Part shown: positions 37,636-46,780 of the stretch, piece after piece | How positions within the stretch are numbered: the stretch's first letter is position 1 | How the letters are laid out: the number at the start of each line of letters is the position of its first letter | Origin: a virus | Virus record (IMG/VR): IMGVR_UViG_3300032087_002150 | Location: 1-64,000 of that record | Direction: 5' to 3' (one strand) | DNA length: 64,000 nucleotides | Made by a program: the position numbers and the translations under genes | Notes under the pieces: generated by a model | Told to the model about the DNA's origin: nothing | Databases searched by the model: none | The model's input: the letters and a program-made list of their open reading frames with translations, nothing else

Positions 37636-37900
37636 GTTCCAGATCATGTACGTGCAGAGCAATCAAGGCATAGTGGAGAACCTTCAGCAGATCCTTACGA
37701 TTCTTTCCTTCTTTGTTGCCATAACGCTGAGTGTATTTCAAAATGTTACCAAGGCAGAAACCCTCGCCATGACCACCGTCGATAATAAACTCAGTTGCTT
37801 GGTATTTGTTTTTGGAGTAATGCTCGTCGTAAGTTGAGTTGACATAATCTTCCAACTCACTGATCAACGCAAACTCATTATACCGATAATCAATTCCCAT
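37613..37900 (-). CDS. DUF3310-like protein
   Basis: HY...GFCLGNILKY..RYG.K...DLLK..HY. Confidence 0.8.
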   Translation of the reverse strand: MGIDYRYNEFALISELEDYVNSTYDEHYSKNKYQATEFIIDGGHGEGFCLGNILKYTQRYGNKEGKNRKDLLKVLHYALIALHVHDLEHENDQGF

Positions 37901-38148
37901 CAGTAATCCTCACCATCTTTGTATTGAGTTCGAATGTCTGCAAGAGGATCAAACATTGCGTTCTCTTTAGTCTTACCGCCGATATCCTCAGTGCCGTCAA
38001 CAATGCGTTCCATGTATCCAATCAACGCACTTGCCATAGTTACATCTGCTTCTCCGCAGATTTGTTTAAACTGTGCATGCAGATACTCGGGAACACGAAT
38101 GTTAAACATCCGAGTGTTACCTGATCTGTAACCGTCACCTTTGCTCAT
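37900..38148 (-). CDS. Ribbon-helix-helix DNA-binding protein
   Basis: MFNIRVPEYLHAQFKQIC..VTMASALIGYM. Confidence 0.65.
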   Translation of the reverse strand: MSKGDGYRSGNTRMFNIRVPEYLHAQFKQICGEADVTMASALIGYMERIVDGTEDIGGKTKENAMFDPLADIRTQYKDGEDY

Positions 38149-38354
38149 TTGAATGCCAAAATAATCAGTATGCCCAACAATAAAATATTTGTGAATGCTA
38201 TCTCTACCGCAAGGATAGTATGATACCAAACCCACCTTGCCTGATAAACTTCCTGCACTTGTTCATTATCTGCACCAGGAAGTTTCTCAACGATAACAGT
38301 ATCTATAGGGTTTTTATCAAGGGGAGTTCCCAGTAGTTTCTTAATCCACATCAT
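38145..38354 (-). CDS. Small membrane protein
   Basis: C-terminal TM. Confidence 0.55.
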   Translation of the reverse strand: MMWIKKLLGTPLDKNPIDTVIVEKLPGADNEQVQEVYQARWVWYHTILAVEIAFTNILLLGILIILAFK

Positions 38355-38899
38355 ACGTTCCACCACGCTGGTACTGGTCGCTTTGTCCATTTGGAGAAAC
38401 TTGCCTTCGCTTCTCTGTAATAGTTTCTGTAGGACTCGATGGAGTCTCCTTCCACGATGCATTGAGGGAAGTGCGACATTGCTGGAGGTGGTTCGACAAA
38501 TGGTTTGTCGTCAATATTTTGAGGGGGACGAGATAACGCGACGCCAAGCTTCGACCAAGACATATGAGTTTTTCCATAGCGCCAAGTGTACTCCTCGCAA
38601 AGTTTCGTCCACAACTGATACAACCAATTGTAGTTATTCTTACTTTCGCGAACCCACGCTGCGCTGGGATGATTGATATGACTTGCTTTGTACAGTAGAG
38701 AATCCATAACAGGTTCGGGATGCTTCCATCTTTTGATTCTTCTGCCATTAGCAGTCTTGTCATACCACTCATCCCCGTCGAGTACACGATGTGCAGTCGA
38801 GAGCATCTGTGGATACTCGATGTCCATCTTGACACAGTGCTTGTCGTTGTGCTCTTTGGCGCACTGCTCAGGGTCTTCGTGTAAGTAAAATATATTCAT
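38351..38899 (-). CDS. Pyrimidine-dimer DNA glycosylase-like (DenV/Pyr_excise family)
   Basis: MNIFYL...DKHCVKM..E..QMLST, HINHPS..W, EY..RYGK.H; TTGACA-17-TACACT upstream. Confidence 0.75.
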   Translation of the reverse strand: MNIFYLHEDPEQCAKEHNDKHCVKMDIEYPQMLSTAHRVLDGDEWYDKTANGRRIKRWKHPEPVMDSLLYKASHINHPSAAWVRESKNNYNWLYQLWTKLCEEYTWRYGKTHMSWSKLGVALSRPPQNIDDKPFVEPPPAMSHFPQCIVEGDSIESYRNYYREAKASFSKWTKRPVPAWWNV

Positions 38900-38930
38900 A
38901 GATATAGTGTACCGCTATCTGCGATTAATG

Positions 38931-40037
38931 TCAAGTTTTCTTTTTGTTCCTTCTTTGCCATTCTACCCAACCCTTTCTCACTTTATCAGTTGGATCATCG
39001 GCAAGGTTGATACCGTGCCCGTCATCTTCGGGTTCAGATTCGATTACTTCCATGTCTTCCATTTCTTCAGCAGGAGGCAAATCTTCAATCTCTTCATACT
39101 GCCCCATGACGTTCGCCGCATCATCTACCGCACTAGGGGGAGAAGGTGCATGATCCCAATCTACTTTAGTCTCTACCACATTTGGTGGATCAAAACTAGG
39201 AGTTGGTGTTTCAGGCAGTAACTCTTCTACATCAACAACGTTCTCTCGGTCAACCTTTAGATTCCCATCATCGGTGAACATCCTAGACTGCTTACGGGTG
39301 GAGAAACCCATGGTTGCGGCGAGGAGGAGGATGACTGCGAGAGGATCGAATACAGTAACAAGAAGGATAATAACGAACCTAACAGCACGATCGAAATGGT
39401 TTTTAGCATCGTCTTCTCCATAGATTAACTCAGCAATATATTTAAGTGGCCCGACTTCAACTTCAATCGCCAGCGATTCTTGCTGGAGCGGTGAGAGGTC
39501 CTCTTGGATTTCGTCAATTCGTGTGTACGCAGCATCGATCGTCTCGTTGAGTGCTTGCCTCTCACTTGATTGACTTTCGCGTACCGCAATCGAACCTGTA
39601 GGGCCACGAATTCTGTCATACTCAATGAGTACAGAGACTTGTTGGTCCAGTTGCGTGAGAACCGTTTCTGCATCTGCAATGATTGATTGCTGGCGTGCAA
39701 TCTGCTTTTCCAAGTTGCTGATTTGAAGTGCATTATTGCCCCCAATTGATATCGAATGTTCCAAGTGTGCCTTCGACAAGAAACCGAAGATGCCCAAGGA
39801 AGTGATCACCATTAACACAAACACTGCTGATGTAAGATAAGTCTTCATCAACAGTGGTACTTTCTTCCAGTTGGCGTGTAACCATGCAGCAGTTACCAGT
39901 TTGCCAACTTCCAATACACCACCCATAATGGCGATCGCTATCGCCGCACCCGAGAAGATTGCCATGAGTCCTACGATACTATACCACGCAGCGACTCCAG
40001 CAATCGACAATGATGTGAGCAATGTTATCCAGTGCAA
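38931..40037 (-). CDS. Multi-TM coiled-coil membrane protein
   Basis: 3 N-terminal TMs, LEVGKLV, coil, EVGPLKYIAE, FDPLAV. Confidence 0.75.
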   Translation of the reverse strand: MHWITLLTSLSIAGVAAWYSIVGLMAIFSGAAIAIAIMGGVLEVGKLVTAAWLHANWKKVPLLMKTYLTSAVFVLMVITSLGIFGFLSKAHLEHSISIGGNNALQISNLEKQIARQQSIIADAETVLTQLDQQVSVLIEYDRIRGPTGSIAVRESQSSERQALNETIDAAYTRIDEIQEDLSPLQQESLAIEVEVGPLKYIAELIYGEDDAKNHFDRAVRFVIILLVTVFDPLAVILLLAATMGFSTRKQSRMFTDDGNLKVDRENVVDVEELLPETPTPSFDPPNVVETKVDWDHAPSPPSAVDDAANVMGQYEEIEDLPPAEEMEDMEVIESEPEDDGHGINLADDPTDKVRKGWVEWQRRNKKKT

Positions 40038-40313
40038 TTAGTCCTCGCTTGATGACTCCACGATCATCCCTACCTTTTTCAGATCTTCTTGTTCGCCTGA
40101 CATTTTAAAGATACGACCATCTGCTGTTGCTACTGAAATGACCTTCTTCAACATGCGAACATTCCCAGAAGGGTATTTAGGATCTTTTGGATACGGCCAG
40201 CGAAACCCTACGTGGACAACTTCACCATACATTCGATCTGAGTTCAGACTGGGTTTCCAAGAAACCTTTCTGCCAGGAACATCAACTGGGGGTGGGATCT
40301 GCTTCTTTCTCAT
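40038..40313 (-). CDS. Hypothetical protein
   Basis: 91-aa ORF in early operon. Confidence 0.55.
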   Translation of the reverse strand: MRKKQIPPPVDVPGRKVSWKPSLNSDRMYGEVVHVGFRWPYPKDPKYPSGNVRMLKKVISVATADGRIFKMSGEQEDLKKVGMIVESSSED

Positions 40314-40485
40314 CTTCTACCTCTACAATAAAATCACAGTTGGTGATAAAGTTGCCTGTGTTGTACGAATCCATCGTAGCAACATAACACTCGTGGTCCC
40401 CTACGCGGAGTAAGGGGAAAGATTCTCCTATCTTGTTAGCATACCACTTGCTGCTATCGTCACAAGAAATAACTTTTAGTCTCAT
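40282..40485 (-). CDS. Hypothetical protein
   Basis: WYANKIGE SH3-like motif. Confidence 0.55.
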   Translation of the reverse strand: MRLKVISCDDSSKWYANKIGESFPLLRVGDHECYVATMDSYNTGNFITNCDFIVEVEDEKEADPTPS

Positions 40486-40748
40486 GCCAAAAATATCTCC
40501 AAGTTGAAAGGTCGGGTCATGTACGGTTTTACGAATTCAGTAGGGAGTGGTTCGCGAAGTTCTTTGAACGTGCGATGCTTTTTGCTGAAAGGCAACAACT
40601 TGGTAAACTTCTCCCAATCTTTAGAACCTTTTTTACGCATCGCGATCAGGCGACCGCCATGACCACCCTCTATGAGATAATCATGCTGAGGAACTTCGTA
40701 ATCGACTTTCGAATACGTTGTCGTTTCTCTCAATATTTTCATCATCAA
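40482..40748 (-). CDS. Hypothetical protein
   Basis: ILRETT...FSKKHRTF motif. Confidence 0.6.
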   Translation of the reverse strand: MMMKILRETTTYSKVDYEVPQHDYLIEGGHGGRLIAMRKKGSKDWEKFTKLLPFSKKHRTFKELREPLPTEFVKPYMTRPFNLEIFLA

Positions 40749-40971
40749 ACCTTCTTGCTATGTGCTTTTGCCTACGATCATCCCAGATATAGTATAAACT
40801 AGGACGACCATTAATGTCAAATGATACCGCAGACTTGTAACCCATCTTCTCCATGTGCGGTGTGCCCTCATGAAGAAACTTCACAGGATCCGCCCATTCT
40901 AGAGTTTCGGTCGGGATAGTATCAAGGACTTCGCTTTCAGGAACAACGTCCGCAAACATTCGGAGCATCAT
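40681..40971 (-). CDS. Hypothetical protein
   Basis: TAATG coupling at 40971. Confidence 0.45.
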   Translation of the reverse strand: MMLRMFADVVPESEVLDTIPTETLEWADPVKFLHEGTPHMEKMGYKSAVSFDINGRPSLYYIWDDRRQKHIARRFDDENIERNDNVFESRLRSSSA

Positions 40972-41309
40972 TAAAGATACTCCGGACCAGTCCAACGAAC
41001 CCAAGAGAAGTCTCCATCGAGGATGTTTCCTCGCGCTTGGTTGCGGGCAGGTGCTGCCCAAGATGCTGCTTTCAGGATATCGCCAGCACGGAACTTCTTG
41101 TCATCTTTTTTGACAATGAAACCCCAAACCATCTCTTGACTGCCCAACTTCTTGACAATCTTGAGATACTTACGACCTTCTTCAACGTGCAGGTTATCGA
41201 CCATTTCGCCGTAGTCGTTCTCGCTACCGTACTCACCACGGGCACGCCAAGCAGCGAAGTCCTTACCAATCGCGTCGAACAAGTTGTTAATAGCAATATC
41301 AATCATCAT
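40971..41309 (-). CDS. Conserved early hypothetical protein
   Basis: GRKYLKI...GDILKAASWAAPA...RGNI. Confidence 0.8.
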   Translation of the reverse strand: MMIDIAINNLFDAIGKDFAAWRARGEYGSENDYGEMVDNLHVEEGRKYLKIVKKLGSQEMVWGFIVKKDDKKFRAGDILKAASWAAPARNQARGNILDGDFSWVRWTGPEYL

Positions 41310-41336
41310 TTCATCTCCGTTATCAACCATACAGTT

Positions 41337-41397
41337 ATTATGCTTGAAACGGGTATCAAAGTAAAGTCTAAAAAACTTTAGGAAAATCAATAACTTA
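41337..41397 (-). promoter_or_regulatory. Early promoter with IHF box
   Basis: TTTACT-17-CATAAT; AATCAATAACTTA 41385-41397. Confidence 0.8.
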
Positions 41398-42243
41398 GGA
41401 ATACAGCAGAATCTCCCTCGCCTTTTTCGCTTCATAACCTTCTTCAGTTTTCTTTCTCCTGCCAGCAGTGTAGGTTACAGGAAAATATTTGTACGACAAC
41501 TTTCCGCATTTGTCTTCAAACCAGTTGTCGTCAGCACGATTACTGTGATATGTGATCGGTTTATCTTGACAGAAATCAATCAGTTCTAGGCATTGGTCAT
41601 CAGTAAACGCATTACCATAATCAGCAATGCTGTTTCGATAAGGCGGATCGAAGAAAAAATAACAACCTTCACTTGCTTTTTCGGCACATTGTTTCCAGTC
41701 AACGGACGAGAACTCGGCAATCTTTAGTGCATCATGCCACCAAGATAGATCTCCTCTGTTATAGATTGAGTCTGTTTGATTTAATAAACCACTAGGTGTG
41801 CCATAACGACCATTGGTGTTTTTGTTGATCTGGAAGATACCGTTAAACCCAGTCTTCATAAGAAAATACAAAGTCGCTGATTCTTCAACATCATTCCACT
41901 TCTCGTAATCCCAAGCATGCTCCTCTCGTACATCGTAATAAAACTTCTTACGATCTTCTTTGTCCAGTGGAAGATACTTTGCTTCCAGCGAATCTAAACG
42001 GAAAGTGAACTCAGACAAGTTGTCTCTGATTGATGTGTAGATCCTAACGATATCTGGATTGATATCATTCAAAAATGCTTTTTTGATTGGATAGTTTGAC
42101 ATAGCATGTATGAACATTGCACCACCACCAAAAAATGGTTCGCAATATTCAGTCGGAGGATCAATACGAGAAGGAAGGAGAGGCAGATAATGCCTCAACA
42201 TTTTGTTCTTACCACCTGCCCATATAAACAACGGTTTAGGCAC
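41395..42243 (-). CDS. D12-class N6-adenine DNA methyltransferase
   Basis: WAGGK, EPFFGGGA, NDIN, FNG, DPPY. Confidence 0.92.
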   Translation of the reverse strand: MPKPLFIWAGGKNKMLRHYLPLLPSRIDPPTEYCEPFFGGGAMFIHAMSNYPIKKAFLNDINPDIVRIYTSIRDNLSEFTFRLDSLEAKYLPLDKEDRKKFYYDVREEHAWDYEKWNDVEESATLYFLMKTGFNGIFQINKNTNGRYGTPSGLLNQTDSIYNRGDLSWWHDALKIAEFSSVDWKQCAEKASEGCYFFFDPPYRNSIADYGNAFTDDQCLELIDFCQDKPITYHSNRADDNWFEDKCGKLSYKYFPVTYTAGRRKKTEEGYEAKKAREILLYS

Positions 42244-42754
42244 TTACATACTCCAAAACTTCACGCATAATCTTCTCCACCTCTTCATTATTATATCCAT
42301 CTTCGCTGAGATAGCAAGAGTTTTTATTTTCCACAAACTTATTGAATCCATCAAGGTGTGCAACATTAAGCGTTTTTTCTAAGACGTGATCTGGTCGAGC
42401 ACCCTCCCCACTACAGAAAGTCACATAACAAACATCGGGATTGATCAGTCGACAAATGTAATTGTTTTTGAACCATCTTTCTATGGCATTACCGCCAGTC
42501 CCCTGCTTTTTCGCTTCGAAGACAGCAACAACTTTTCCATCTCGCAACCAAACGCCACCGTCAGGTTCACAGGCACCTTTATTACCAGGGATTTGATCTT
42601 TGGTAAGTTTGCGCTGAAGTTGTAGGGCAGGAAACTCTTCCGCGAGTTTATCCTTTAGTGTTTTACATTGTTCGTCTAACTTACGAGCAGCTGCATCAGT
42701 AGCGCACATTCCTTTCTGAATACCGCCACGAAAACCATTTTCCCTTTGACTCAT
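42236..42754 (-). CDS. EcoRI-like restriction endonuclease
   Basis: PDGG...EAKKQG...GNAIER..KN. Confidence 0.7.
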   Translation of the reverse strand: MSQRENGFRGGIQKGMCATDAAARKLDEQCKTLKDKLAEEFPALQLQRKLTKDQIPGNKGACEPDGGVWLRDGKVVAVFEAKKQGTGGNAIERWFKNNYICRLINPDVCYVTFCSGEGARPDHVLEKTLNVAHLDGFNKFVENKNSCYLSEDGYNNEEVEKIMREVLEYVSA

Positions 42755-42789
42755 ATCACATTAACTCCATAAAACACATTATTATGATC

Positions 42790-42850
42790 ATTATACTCGC
42801 AAGTTAATGGAATAGCAAACAAAAGAAACTATAGTTAAATCAATAACTTA
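42790..42850 (-). promoter_or_regulatory. Early promoter with IHF box
   Basis: TTGCTA-17-TATAAT; AATCAATAACTTA 42838-42850. Confidence 0.8.
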
Positions 42851-42967
42851 CGATTGTTCTTTGCCGATGTCTTTGGTTGCTTCGTATGAATAAACGAGTG
42901 TGACGCCGATTGCTACAGGAGCAATCATCATCACAGCGCCGATTCCAATGATAGGTATTAGTTCCAT
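42848..42967 (-). CDS. 39-aa single-TM peptide (not in track)
   Basis: AAGGA SD; MELIPIIGIGAVMMIAPVAIGVTLVYS... Confidence 0.5.
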   Translation of the reverse strand: MELIPIIGIGAVMMIAPVAIGVTLVYSYEATKDIGKEQS

Positions 42968-42982
42968 TTACACGGTTCCTTG

Positions 42983-43005
42983 AAAGGGGAGACCGAAGTC
43001 TCCCC
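42983..43005 (-). terminator. Intrinsic terminator with CUUCGG loop
   Basis: GGGGAGACTTCGGTCTCCCC-TTT. Confidence 0.8.
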
Positions 43006-43011
43006 GAGTGT

Positions 43012-43206
43012 TTATGCCTTGTTATTTTCTACTTTGCGCTCTTCCACATAGTGCCAGTCACCAGTCTTTGGATCCTGCACGTGGTTCTCTGCTAGTTTGA
43101 TCATAACGATACGAGTATGCCTCGCCTTGACGACGACTTCCTCGATGTCACTTGCAGTTGCGAAAGTAGAAAAGAAACACAAGGCAACGATTGCCAAGTT
43201 TTTCAT
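43012..43206 (-). CDS. Small exported protein with TonB-box-like motif
   Basis: Signal peptide then SDIEEVVVKAR. Confidence 0.65.
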   Translation of the reverse strand: MKNLAIVALCFFSTFATASDIEEVVVKARHTRIVMIKLAENHVQDPKTGDWHYVEERKVENNKA

Positions 43207-43207
43207 T

Positions 43208-43654
43208 TCAGTCCTCAGTTAAAAGTTGCTTCTTACCCTTGGTTTTACCGATTGGGATAGCGCGAGGCAGCTTCTCTTTTGGGATCTCTACTTTCAGGTC
43301 AATGACCAGTAGTCCATCCACAAAATCCGCTCCGCTTACAACAACGTGTTCTGACAACCTAAATGTTCGTGTAAACTTCTTAGAAGAAATACCACGGTGT
43401 AGATACTCACGTTCTTCGCTTGACTTGTCACCAGCTACAACTAGGATGCCGTCCTTCACTTCAACAGTGAGGTCGTCTTTGCTGTAACCTGCCAAGGCAA
43501 GTTCTACGGTGAAGTTAACATCATCGTGCTTGACTACGTTATGGGGAGGATAGAGTTTGTTGTCTGCCATGTCTGACAGTCTTTCAATCTCATTCCAAAC
43601 GTGATCGAAACCAATGAAGTGTGAACGTGGAAAAGAAAATGCTTTAGATACCAT
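43208..43654 (-). CDS. Small heat shock protein (Hsp20/IbpA-like)
   Basis: FIGFD, YPPHNVV, ELALAGY, YLHRGIS...F.L, DGLLVIDL. Confidence 0.95.
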   Translation of the reverse strand: MVSKAFSFPRSHFIGFDHVWNEIERLSDMADNKLYPPHNVVKHDDVNFTVELALAGYSKDDLTVEVKDGILVVAGDKSSEEREYLHRGISSKKFTRTFRLSEHVVVSGADFVDGLLVIDLKVEIPKEKLPRAIPIGKTKGKKQLLTED

Positions 43655-43659
43655 AACGG

Positions 43660-43760
43660 ATCTCCTTATTTAAAAGCAAGATTGTTGTTATACTCTACCA
43701 GACCATTCTGCGTAGAGAACTGATGACCTGTATCCCACAGTATCATCGGTATTATTTATA
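43660..43760 (-). promoter_or_regulatory. Late promoter plus ROSE-like RNA thermometer leader
   Basis: TATAAATA 43753-43760; two 5' hairpins; AUCUUGCUU-uuaaau-AAGGAGAU. Confidence 0.7.
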
Positions 43761-43894
43761 GTATAATATTTCGCTATGAAAGTAAAGTGGAATATTTACT
43801 GATACTATATAATATTGCAGTAATAAAACTGTAATAAAAACGTAATATTTCGCCGTGAGGCGACGGAGCGTCGTGATGACGCAAGGAGAAATCC

Positions 43895-44170
43895 ATGAAA
43901 AAGATAGCACTCATGTTGCTACTAATCCCTGCTATTGCTAACGCAGATGTGATTCCTACTAGAACACTCGAACCAGTTGTTCGAATCGTCGAAGACACAA
44001 TCTATGTCACTGACAAAAAAGGCAACGACTGGGCGATTGTGACTAACTGTCAAATCAATGCTCGAGAGATCAAAGAGTTCACTGTCCGTGGCAAGGTATT
44101 GAGGTCTGGCAGGGTTGTAAAACTCAGCGACCAGAAGCACTGCGAAATCGAGACTATTCAGGCGGCATAA
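43895..44170 (+). CDS. Exported hypothetical protein (only credible + strand gene)
   Basis: AAGGAG SD, signal peptide ending ANA, two Cys. Confidence 0.75.
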   Translation: MKKIALMLLLIPAIANADVIPTRTLEPVVRIVEDTIYVTDKKGNDWAIVTNCQINAREIKEFTVRGKVLRSGRVVKLSDQKHCEIETIQAA

Positions 44171-44504
44171 AACTGTTGTTCTGATTGTATCGATCTAACT
44201 TGGGTTCACCGCCATCTGGCATAGTGCAGGTGATGTTTGCTTTCCTGCCTTCAATGTATCTGACTTGGTACACAAACCAACTGAACGGTTCATTGCAGGC
44301 AGGTTCATAACATCGCCCTGCCATAAAGTATCTGTTTTGTCCAGTAAACCCAATCCTGTCATGAGTATTAAGATAGATGCGTTTGGTGGGATACTCGCTC
44401 TTGATCAAATCCCAACAAGTATCTTTCGCGACTTCGTACATATCGTCCTGCGCATGCGCATGGAATGCACATGCAACAAGGATTGTCGCACTAAACTTTT
44501 TCAT
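44154..44504 (-). CDS. Exported hypothetical protein
   Basis: Signal peptide MKKFS...AHA, four Cys. Confidence 0.6.
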   Translation of the reverse strand: MKKFSATILVACAFHAHAQDDMYEVAKDTCWDLIKSEYPTKRIYLNTHDRIGFTGQNRYFMAGRCYEPACNEPFSWFVYQVRYIEGRKANITCTMPDGGEPKLDRYNQNNSFMPPE

Positions 44505-45087
44505 AACCAAATATTTCAAAGTCTTGAGCGAACCTTTCGTTGATAAGTTTAACTGACTTATCGGTTAAAAAGTTCAATGCTTTTTCCACATCCCAACCTA
44601 TGGTGTAGTTGAAGTCGTAGTCGTAATCTATCATATCAAACCCCAACTTCTTTAAATCTTCTTCTAGGTTTTCTTGGCGGATAATATCAGGTTCAGTCAG
44701 CAACCCTTCATACCAGTAATAACAAGGTCTCCAAGGTTCCCAATATCCTGGGTGATTAACAATCTTGTCTAGGTAACTCGCAAAATCTTGAGCAGGGTTT
44801 CCTTTCTTTTGTTTTTGTTTAACATCGTATGCCCACATAGAACATACTCTAGGATATGGGTGCCTGACAGGCAATATACAAGGGAAATCTAAACCAAGTC
44901 CATAGAACTTTAATGGGCAATGTTTATCCCAGGATGACGATTGTTTTTCTATGTATTCCCTCATCGGGGAAGTTACCATATGAATATCAGGAAAAATATA
45001 TTCGTGCCTACAAGGATCGTGATCTAATATTATCGCCTTTATTGTTGCCCCTGCTGTTTTGGGAGGATGAAGTAAAAGTTTGGTCAC
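44491..45087 (-). CDS. Sulfotransferase-like
   Basis: HPPKTAG, VRHPYPRVCS. Confidence 0.75.
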   Translation of the reverse strand: MTKLLLHPPKTAGATIKAIILDHDPCRHEYIFPDIHMVTSPMREYIEKQSSSWDKHCPLKFYGLGLDFPCILPVRHPYPRVCSMWAYDVKQKQKKGNPAQDFASYLDKIVNHPGYWEPWRPCYYWYEGLLTEPDIIRQENLEEDLKKLGFDMIDYDYDFNYTIGWDVEKALNFLTDKSVKLINERFAQDFEIFGYEKV

Positions 45088-46079
45088 GCGAAGCTCGCAA
45101 TGATATTCTGCTCCAAAGAGAAGTTAGTTCCCAGCATATGTTTCGTTCTGGCATCAGGGTCATTAGACCAAACCAACACTTCGGGATCATCATAAAGGAA
45201 GTCGCAGTTCTTGCAATATTCAATGTCATCAAACCGTTCTTCTTCGTGCGCCTTACGCAACTCATTATACTTTTCGCCCCAGAAGATTTCCTCGAATGTT
45301 TGATCCTCGAAGTGTCCAAGTACAGACTTTGCCTCGTTGGGTGGACCAAGTGTTTGGCAGCAAGGTGTCATCGCGCCAGTCTTGCCGTTGCCTCCTGCGC
45401 GAATAGTAATCTCTGGTCCAAATGGTCGTCCGCAAGTTTTACGAACATCGCCTATCCTAGCATTCCCATTCGGATCATAGTTTCCTGACCAGTTGTGCAT
45501 CTTCCATATGTATGCCTTACATCCAACGTGTTTAATAAAGTTGCCGTTGTACTCACTGATCTCGTACTTTATTTGATTGTTGTCTGTGATGAGGTGATAC
45601 GAACTTACTTCTACAGGTGCCCTAGTGGTAAAAGAGTAATCCATGGTGTCCATTAGATTGGATCTGACTCTGTAAAAGTTATCACAATCCATCCACTTCT
45701 TATATTTTTCTGCATCATAACCAATGACACTGCAACGAATAAAGTCAATTCCCTCATCGACGATACGCTTCATGTAATCGCCGCGAAGGTTGTACCCATT
45801 AGTGTAGATGTAGCACTTGAGTCCTCGCTTCTTTACTTCACGCACGTATTTGTGTAGGTCTTTCGCGAGCGTGGGTTCGCCCGAACCCTCCAGATTGATT
45901 TGAGGAGTCCCGTATTTCGGAACGATTTGGTCAAGGATATTTGTAAATTGTTTGAGCGGCATCTTCCTAGTCCAGTCTTTACCGCGACCAGGATTCGTTT
46001 GTGGGCACATTTGACAGGTGTAGTTGCACCCACCGATTACTTCTAGTACAACCCTTTCTAGGTTTACATCAAACGACAT
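45084..46079 (-). CDS. Radical SAM protein with SPASM/Twitch domain
   Basis: CNYTCQMC, GEP, YTNG; C-terminal C..PF, PCC, CKNC. Confidence 0.92.
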   Translation of the reverse strand: MSFDVNLERVVLEVIGGCNYTCQMCPQTNPGRGKDWTRKMPLKQFTNILDQIVPKYGTPQINLEGSGEPTLAKDLHKYVREVKKRGLKCYIYTNGYNLRGDYMKRIVDEGIDFIRCSVIGYDAEKYKKWMDCDNFYRVRSNLMDTMDYSFTTRAPVEVSSYHLITDNNQIKYEISEYNGNFIKHVGCKAYIWKMHNWSGNYDPNGNARIGDVRKTCGRPFGPEITIRAGGNGKTGAMTPCCQTLGPPNEAKSVLGHFEDQTFEEIFWGEKYNELRKAHEEERFDDIEYCKNCDFLYDDPEVLVWSNDPDARTKHMLGTNFSLEQNIIASFA

Positions 46080-46779
46080 TAAATCTGCTCTTTTCAAATG
46101 GCACTGTATTCTTCTCATCATCTGGGTCTTTATAGATGAACCAACCAGTGATGATGTATTTAAACTGCCCCAAGTCAGGGGAAGATCTGTGTGGATGAGT
46201 GTATGCCGCTGGCCAAATAACCAAGTCACCAACACTTGGTTTGATTCTCATGTTTTGATTGGGAAAATCTGTTGTTCCCCCATCGTCAACAGTGTTTAAG
46301 TACAGCATCCATACGCCGAATCTTCTTGAGGTGAAGTAGTCCGGACCTTGCTCAAAATGCATTTGACAAAATCCTCCACCAGGAGGAGTTCTCTGCATTT
46401 TACATTGAATGCGCTCCATGTGTTTCCAACTCCAACCCATCTTGGAACCAGGATCATTCCCTTCCATATGTTTACCCCATACTTCATTATCGTATAGGAT
46501 TAGGCATTGTTGTAGTGCGCTCTTTAGTTCTTCTTCATATCCTTGCAGGGAACCGAACCTTTCCATTAATAGACTGGTGTCTATTCGTTTTTCGTTTTTC
46601 CGAAAAGAAATCCCCATCCACTCACTGTTACCATCGTGATCATCTGGTAAGCAATTTTCGGCGTGTTCTATTTTCTCATTCATCAGTTTCCTGACTTGGT
46701 AGCACCACTGTTCGTCAAAGACTTTTTTAAAGACTCCAACGTTATCAGTCAACATCTGTAATGCGATTTGATTTATCAT
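46069..46779 (-). CDS. 2OG-Fe(II) oxygenase
   Basis: HFE...MLYLN...GG.T.F...WPAAYTHPHR...KYIITGW. Confidence 0.88.
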   Translation of the reverse strand: MINQIALQMLTDNVGVFKKVFDEQWCYQVRKLMNEKIEHAENCLPDDHDGNSEWMGISFRKNEKRIDTSLLMERFGSLQGYEEELKSALQQCLILYDNEVWGKHMEGNDPGSKMGWSWKHMERIQCKMQRTPPGGGFCQMHFEQGPDYFTSRRFGVWMLYLNTVDDGGTTDFPNQNMRIKPSVGDLVIWPAAYTHPHRSSPDLGQFKYIITGWFIYKDPDDEKNTVPFEKSRFNVV

Positions 46780-46780
46780 C

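Noticed and set aside
43840-43894. Glutamine/downstream-peptide riboswitch
   Set aside because: Two hairpins are present but the AGUA/GAA E-loop and closing P1 are missing
45084-46235. Long N-terminal extensions in track ORFs (also 40971-41435, 37900-38235, 31594-32451)
   Set aside because: They overlap upstream genes or promoters; internal starts with SD or stop-start coupling fit better
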